The notes beneath the pieces are model-generated. The model was not told the DNA's origin, did no database searches, and saw only the letters and a program-made list of their open reading frames with translations. Shown here in pieces: positions 58,568 through 64,000 of a DNA stretch of 64,000 nucleotides (its first letter is position 1; every line of letters starts with the position of its first letter). The DNA is from an uncultured Clostridia bacterium (GTDB taxonomy: Bacteria > Bacillota > Clostridia > Christensenellales > UBA1242), in the NCBI GenBank assembly GCA_944376845.1, contig CALWDZ010000007.1:1294-65293 (forward strand). The letters run 5' to 3'. The position numbers were made by a program, and so were the translations under genes.

Positions 58568-58633
58568 TAAAAAGAACTGCACAATTTGTGTGGTTTTTTT
58601 AATATGCTTAAAATGTTATGCATAGAATATGAT

Positions 58634-59347
58634 ATGAAAAAAATATCTGAAAAATTTTTCCGTAAGTATATAGTAAATATTTCATTATGTTTAATGCTTG
58701 TTATAGTCGCTTCACTTACAATTCTAGGAACAACAACTCAGGTTTTTGGCAGTAATGGTTATTCTGCATACTATCGTGGAAATGAAAAAAATAACAATGT
58801 TTCACTCATGTTTAATGTATATATGGGAGAAGAAGTCATTCCAGAAATATTAGATGTTTTGTTATCCAATTCTGTTAAAGTAACATTTTTTGTGGGAGGG
58901 AGTTGGGCAATAAAACATACAGAACTTCTTCAAGAAATTTTAAATCAAGGGCACGAAATAGGAAATCATGGATATTGGCATAAAGACCATAAAACACTTA
59001 GTGTAGAAAAAAATATGAGTGAAATTGGTCTTACACACGAAGTTATTAAGCAAACATTAAATTATGAAATGACATTATTTGCACCTCCTAGTGGCTCATA
59101 TGGTCAAAATACTTTAAAGGTAGCACAAGATATGGGGTATAAGACAATTATGTGGAGCAAAGATACGATTGATTGGCGTGACCATGATGCTGGACTGATA
59201 ACTACTCGTGCAACCAAAAATCCACAAAATGGTGACTTGATACTTATGCATCCAACGGCTTCTACACTGGAGGCCCTTCCCGAAATTATTACTTTTTATA
59301 CACAAAGCGGATATAAATTGACAACTGTTTCTGAAAATATTTTGTAA
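58634..59347 (+). CDS. polysaccharide deacetylase family protein (YlxY/PdaB-like)
   Basis: NodB motifs VTFFVGG, GHEIGNHGYWH, LFAPPSG and LMHP. N-terminal TM anchor. Position after pnp matches B. subtilis ylxY. The start codon is uncertain (58586-58634). Confidence 0.8.
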   Translation: MKKISEKFFRKYIVNISLCLMLVIVASLTILGTTTQVFGSNGYSAYYRGNEKNNNVSLMFNVYMGEEVIPEILDVLLSNSVKVTFFVGGSWAIKHTELLQEILNQGHEIGNHGYWHKDHKTLSVEKNMSEIGLTHEVIKQTLNYEMTLFAPPSGSYGQNTLKVAQDMGYKTIMWSKDTIDWRDHDAGLITTRATKNPQNGDLILMHPTASTLEALPEIITFYTQSGYKLTTVSENIL

Positions 59348-59403
59348 TTTAAACTTGCACACCACTGCTACTTGGTGGTATACTCTTTCTTGGAGTTTAA
59401 AGA

Positions 59404-62079
59404 GTGACTGTCTATAACTTATCTAAGCAACCAAGAAAGGAAAAATCAGTAAAAGATAGAAATAAAATAATCGGTATTGTTTTGCTGGTTGTTTCTTCTA
59501 TTGCATTTGTTTCTTTATTAACTAGTTTTATTCAATTTTTAAAATTATTTTTGTTAGGGGTATTTGGCCTTTTTTCATATCCTCTTTTTATAACTATATT
59601 TGTTATTGGTTTAGCGCTTGTAAACAATAAAAAATATGTAATGACACCAAAGTATATTGTTTACCTTTTGTGTACATTGTTTTCGTTATTATGCATTTTG
59701 CATATGCTTTTTATTGATAAATCCGGTACATTTTTTGAATATCTTGGACGTTGCTATACACAAAAAATGTCAGTAGGCGGAATTTTGTGTGGAATTTTAA
59801 CAGCACCATTTATTTTTCTATTAAGCGATGCTGGAGCCTATATTATATTTAGTTTGGCACTGATTATATTTGGTGCATTGCTTGCAGATTATATATTTTA
59901 CTTAAATAAATCACAAACTCTTAAAAAACCAGTTCAAATTTCACAAATACCAACTATTGATAATTTAACGAAATCTAAAGATAAAAAAGAGATAAAAGTT
60001 CCTGCTCCTAATATAGTACTAGACGCTAAACTTGAAAATGAACCGCTAGACGATGCTTCTAAGCGTAAAGTTGGTACAATTTCTACAAATATTGAACCAG
60101 TACCACAAGATAATACCGAGCCAGTTTTAAGTGACAAAGAAGCACTAAAGAAATTTTTATTTAATAAGGATGACTCTGTAAAAGTCGACATGGCAAAATA
60201 TAAAAATGGTCGACTTAATGTTTCTCCAACTAAAATTCAAGATAATATAAATATTTTAAAGAAACAGGACACAACTACAACAAATGCACCTTCAAAAATT
60301 GTGCATGATTTTTCTGTTTCTTTAAATGAGCCAAGAATGCAAAAGGAAGAGGAAAAACCATATATCGCACCACCTATATCTAATGTAGAATCAAATTCTT
60401 CAAAACACAAAGAAATACAAAGTACCGAAGATTTTGCTGAAAATGTTTTAGCATCACTTATAGGGGATAGCAAAATAGATACAGATGTAAAACCACTAAA
60501 ACCTGAAAATAATCGTAGAGGGCTTAGAAATTTAAATATTGATAATGAGTTTCAAAAACCAAAAATGGAGCAGCAAAAACTTGACACAGAGCCACTTAAA
60601 CCTAAAAAATCTCCTCGTTATGTTCATCCATCACTTGACCTTTTGACCACAAGGTCAATGGATTTAAGCGAACTTAATGAGGATGTAATGCTTAAAAGGC
60701 AACAACTTGAGAATGCGCTTGATACTTTTGGCATACCTGCAAAAGTTATTGAAGTTGTTGTTGGCCCTGCGGTAACTAGATACGAACTTGAAATGCCTGC
60801 AGGTATTTCTGTTAAGAAAATTTTGGCACACTCCGATGATATAGCATTGAATCTTGCGGCTAATGGTGATATACGTATAGAAGCACCTATACCTGGCAAA
60901 AGTGCTGTCGGTATAGAAGTACCTAATGAAAAGATTGCAACTGTCGGACTTAGAGATATAATGGCATCACAAGAATTTCAAAATGCTAAAGCACCACTCA
61001 CATTTGTTTTAGGTAAGGATATTGCTGGAACTGTTAGACTATGTAATTTGGCAAAAATGCCTCATTTGTTAGTTGCAGGTTCAACGGGTAGTGGTAAATC
61101 AGTTTGTCTTAACGCAATAATACTTAGTTTAATTTATAAAACAAGTCCTGATGATGTTAGACTTATTTTAATTGACCCAAAACAAGTTGAATTTTCAATA
61201 TATAATGGTTTGCCACATCTTTTGATACCAAATGTTATAACTGACCCTGATAAAGCGTTAAATGCTCTTTCTTGGGCAGTTAGTGAAATGGAAAGAAGAT
61301 ATTCTTTATTTAAAGAAACTAGAACAAAAGATATAACCGAATACAATTCTTCAAGTGCTGTTATGGAAGGCACAAGTGAAAAAATACCATATATTGTTGT
61401 TATCGTAGATGAACTTGCCGACCTTTTAATGAGTGCTAAAAAAGATGTTGAAGAGAAATTAACACGTCTTGCTGCGAAATCAAGAGCGGCAGGTATACAC
61501 CTTATTCTTGCGACACAAAGACCATCTGTAGACGTAATTACTGGTACAATGAAAAATAATTTCCCATCAAGAATTTCATTTAAACTTATGAGTTTTGCTG
61601 ACAGCCGTACCATACTTGACCAAGGTGGTGCAGAAAAACTTCTTGGTAGGGGTGATATGCTCTACAAACCAAATGATGCACCTGAACCAAGACGTATTCA
61701 AGGGTGTTTTGTTACTTCTTCAGAAGTTGCTAATATCGTTGACTTTGTTAAGGAAAACAATAAAGATTATGATTACGATGACAAAGTTGAAACACAAATT
61801 ACAAACCCTCCACAAGATATTATGGCAAGTGCGAATGGGGATAATGTTTCAGATGGTTTTGACCCTCTTATGCCACAAGCACTTAAATGTGTTATAGAAA
61901 ATGGTCAAGCGTCAATTTCAATGCTTCAAAGAAGACTTGTAATTGGATATCCTCGTGCGGCAAGAATTATAGATCAAATGCAAGATCACAATTTTATTTC
62001 TGCTCAAGATGGCAGTAAACCAAGAACAGTTTTAATAACTATGGAACAATATCAAGAACTTTTTGGAGATGAGGAATGA
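59404..62079 (+). CDS. ftsK: DNA translocase FtsK/SpoIIIE
   Basis: N-terminal TM block, low-complexity linker, motor domain (HLLVAGSTGSGKSV, VIVDELADLLM) and gamma winged helix (ISMLQRRL.IGY.RAARIID.M). GTG start. Confidence 0.93.
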   Translation: MTVYNLSKQPRKEKSVKDRNKIIGIVLLVVSSIAFVSLLTSFIQFLKLFLLGVFGLFSYPLFITIFVIGLALVNNKKYVMTPKYIVYLLCTLFSLLCILHMLFIDKSGTFFEYLGRCYTQKMSVGGILCGILTAPFIFLLSDAGAYIIFSLALIIFGALLADYIFYLNKSQTLKKPVQISQIPTIDNLTKSKDKKEIKVPAPNIVLDAKLENEPLDDASKRKVGTISTNIEPVPQDNTEPVLSDKEALKKFLFNKDDSVKVDMAKYKNGRLNVSPTKIQDNINILKKQDTTTTNAPSKIVHDFSVSLNEPRMQKEEEKPYIAPPISNVESNSSKHKEIQSTEDFAENVLASLIGDSKIDTDVKPLKPENNRRGLRNLNIDNEFQKPKMEQQKLDTEPLKPKKSPRYVHPSLDLLTTRSMDLSELNEDVMLKRQQLENALDTFGIPAKVIEVVVGPAVTRYELEMPAGISVKKILAHSDDIALNLAANGDIRIEAPIPGKSAVGIEVPNEKIATVGLRDIMASQEFQNAKAPLTFVLGKDIAGTVRLCNLAKMPHLLVAGSTGSGKSVCLNAIILSLIYKTSPDDVRLILIDPKQVEFSIYNGLPHLLIPNVITDPDKALNALSWAVSEMERRYSLFKETRTKDITEYNSSSAVMEGTSEKIPYIVVIVDELADLLMSAKKDVEEKLTRLAAKSRAAGIHLILATQRPSVDVITGTMKNNFPSRISFKLMSFADSRTILDQGGAEKLLGRGDMLYKPNDAPEPRRIQGCFVTSSEVANIVDFVKENNKDYDYDDKVETQITNPPQDIMASANGDNVSDGFDPLMPQALKCVIENGQASISMLQRRLVIGYPRAARIIDQMQDHNFISAQDGSKPRTVLITMEQYQELFGDEE

Positions 62080-63389
62080 CAATATATGAACTAAAGACAA
62101 AAAAGATTTCGGCTATAAGTCTTGGCTGTGATAAAAATCGCGTAGACCTTGAACATATGCTAGGTGCATTATCTGATTTTGGTTTTCAGATAGTGGCCGA
62201 TATTTATAGTGCAGAAATAATAATCGTCAACACATGTGCGTTTATATCAAGTGCAGTTGAAGAAGCAATACAAAATATTTTACTTGCAACTAAATTAAAA
62301 AAAGATAAATGTGAAAAAGTTATTGTAACTGGTTGTTTAAATGAAAGATATTTAGACGATGTAAAAAAAGAATTTCCCGAAGTTGATGCCTTTGTGAGAG
62401 TGAAAGATAACGACCAAATTTTAAAAGTATTGTTTGACCTATATTCTATCCCACATAAAGAAAGATTTAAAAACCAGGGAAGGACGCTTACGACTCCATT
62501 TAATTATGCCTATCTTAAAATCGCAGATGGCTGTAATAATGGGTGTGCTTATTGCACAATTCCAAGAATAAGAGGTAGATATAAGTCTATTCCTATTGAT
62601 GATCTCGTAAAAGAAGCAAAAACGTTGGCATCAAAAGGTGTCAAAGAATTGATTATAGTTGCACAAGATGTTTCAAGATATGGTGAAGATTTGTATGGAC
62701 AAGTTATGCTTATTCCGCTTCTTGAAAAACTAAGCAAAATTCGTGAAATTAAGTGGATAAGATTACATTATTTATATCCTGAAATGATTACTGATGAATT
62801 ACTTGATTTTCTTTATGAAAATGATAAAATATGTAAGTATCTAGATATTCCACTTCAACATATAGATGACGATATTTTGCGGGAAATGAATAGGCGAACG
62901 GGGGAAACTCAAACTAGAGAACTTATACAGAAAATAAAGGAAAAATATCCTAAATTTGCACTTAGAACTACATATATAATCGGCTTTCCTGGTGAAACTA
63001 AAAGGCAATTTGAAAAACTTGAAGATTTTATCCAGAAATTTCCAATGCCTAATGTTGGTTTCTTCCCGTATTATAGAGAAGACAAAACCAAGGCATACTA
63101 TATGAAGCAAGTACCAAATTTTAAGAAAAAAATAAGACTCAAAAAGATTTATGCTATTCAAAAAAATGTCAGTGATAATTTAAACAAAAATCGAATTGGT
63201 GAAGTAGTAGAGGCAGTTGTAGATTATTATGATGAAAATAACAAATGCTTCATACTACGTGATGAATATTCATCGGCACAAGTTGATTTTATAATTGAAG
63301 TGTATCGTGATAATTTGGAACTTGGAAAATTTTATAATATAAAATTAACAGATTATAATCAAGATAAATTTAAAGGAGAAATTGTATGA
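62076..63389 (+). CDS. rimO: ribosomal protein S12 methylthiotransferase RimO
   Basis: UPF0004 N-terminal domain (LGCDKNRVD), radical-SAM motif ADGCNNGCAYCTIP, and a TRAM C-terminus. Confidence 0.9.
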   Translation: MTIYELKTKKISAISLGCDKNRVDLEHMLGALSDFGFQIVADIYSAEIIIVNTCAFISSAVEEAIQNILLATKLKKDKCEKVIVTGCLNERYLDDVKKEFPEVDAFVRVKDNDQILKVLFDLYSIPHKERFKNQGRTLTTPFNYAYLKIADGCNNGCAYCTIPRIRGRYKSIPIDDLVKEAKTLASKGVKELIIVAQDVSRYGEDLYGQVMLIPLLEKLSKIREIKWIRLHYLYPEMITDELLDFLYENDKICKYLDIPLQHIDDDILREMNRRTGETQTRELIQKIKEKYPKFALRTTYIIGFPGETKRQFEKLEDFIQKFPMPNVGFFPYYREDKTKAYYMKQVPNFKKKIRLKKIYAIQKNVSDNLNKNRIGEVVEAVVDYYDENNKCFILRDEYSSAQVDFIIEVYRDNLELGKFYNIKLTDYNQDKFKGEIV

Positions 63390-63964
63390 ATTTACCAAAT
63401 AAGTTAAGTATTCTTAGGATATGTTTTATTCCATTTGTAATGTTCTTTTATCTACAGCCATTTTGGACATGGGGAAAAATCGTCGCTGTAGTACTTTTTG
63501 TTTTAGCAGTGCTTACTGACACACTTGATGGATATATTGCTAGAAAATATAATATGGTGACAGACCTTGGGAAACTGTTAGATACCAATGCGGATAAGAT
63601 TTTAGTTTTATCGGCACTTTTAATGGTAATATGTGATAATACCATTATGGCACCATACGGTGTTATTGTAGCGACAATAATTATAGGTAGAGATATGATT
63701 ATAAGTGCATTTAGACAAATCGCTGCTTCAAAAAATTTTGTTATGGCTGCCGATAAACTTGGCAAAATTAAAGCCATTTTCACTGATATTGCGATGATAA
63801 TGTTTATGCTTTTAAGTTATTTTAATCTCATTACAATAAATGAAACATTTGTTTATGTTTATACAATATGTTCATATGTTATTTTAGGAATTGCTGTAGT
63901 ACTTACAATTTGGTCGATGCTAAATTACATTATTAAAAACAGAAAGGTATTATCCAAGGAATAA
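63386..63964 (+). CDS. pgsA: CDP-diacylglycerol--glycerol-3-phosphate 3-phosphatidyltransferase
   Basis: NKLSILRI, CDP-alcohol phosphatidyltransferase motif DTLDGYIARK....T..GK.LD..ADK. Confidence 0.92.
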   Translation: MNLPNKLSILRICFIPFVMFFYLQPFWTWGKIVAVVLFVLAVLTDTLDGYIARKYNMVTDLGKLLDTNADKILVLSALLMVICDNTIMAPYGVIVATIIIGRDMIISAFRQIAASKNFVMAADKLGKIKAIFTDIAMIMFMLLSYFNLITINETFVYVYTICSYVILGIAVVLTIWSMLNYIIKNRKVLSKE

Positions 63965-63967
63965 ACT

Positions 63968-64000
63968 ATGGTTTATATTTATACTATTTCAGATAAAGCA
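63968..64000 (+). CDS. 5' end of an unidentified CDS truncated by the window edge
   Basis: ATG after an AAGGA SD. Only 11 codons are visible (MVYIYTISDKA). Confidence 0.3.
   Translation, partial: MVYIYTISDKA

Noticed and set aside
58610-58633. Exact sigma-K-type -10 string CATAGAATA upstream of the ylxY-like deacetylase.
   Set aside because: It ends only 4 nt before the preferred ATG and lacks an AC -35 element at 16-17 nt. The geometry is incompatible with a promoter for that start.
61134-61613. 159-aa antisense ORF inside ftsK. Similar nested antisense ORFs lie inside rnr (4555-4932), secF (49354-49749), lepA (15010-15351) and trmFO (28116-28427).
   Set aside because: Each is embedded opposite a strongly conserved housekeeping gene and has no start signals or recognisable motifs.

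Overview
Low-G+C Firmicutes-type chromosome (Clostridia-like, endospore lineage). Almost every gene is on the + strand, packed into compact and often overlapping operons. The content is overwhelmingly core information processing. It includes rnr-smpB-ssrA, sigK, rnpB, rarA, lepA-hemW and ylxM-ffh-rpsP-KH-rimM-trmD-rbgA-rnhB-yraN-rplS. It continues with comM-dprA-topA-trmFO-hslVU-trxA-nifSU, ruvX, a four-tRNA operon, fhs, ytxC and infC-rpmI-rplT-trmH-yebC. The last stretch is ruvCAB-queA-tgt-yajC-secDF-recJ-rel-hemZ, rpsO-pnp, ylxY-like deacetylase and ftsK-rimO-pgsA. Three universal ncRNA genes (long Bacillus-type SRP RNA, tmRNA, RNase P RNA) lie within about 8 kb. I found no CRISPR array, transposase, integrase, phage module or recognisable multi-gene defence island. 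The best candidates for something undescribed are single genes or small features: (1) a 452-aa protein whose C-terminus looks like a diadenylate-cyclase (DisA_N/DAC) core with a degenerate RHR motif; (2) a protein fusing an HEPN-like RNxxxH domain to a CBS pair, directly upstream of rnr-smpB-ssrA; (3) a very A+T-rich 466-aa membrane-anchored zinc-ribbon ORF next to rnpB; (4) a Rel/SpoT homologue with a decayed HD hydrolase domain; (5) a NifU/IscU homologue lacking two of the three cluster-ligand cysteines; (6) an unannotated 50-aa Ser/Lys-rich ORF behind a forespore sigma-G-like promoter; (7) three genes whose ATG sits 6-7 nt after a strong -10 box, suggesting leaderless mRNAs. All functional calls rest on motif recognition by eye. 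No database search was run.
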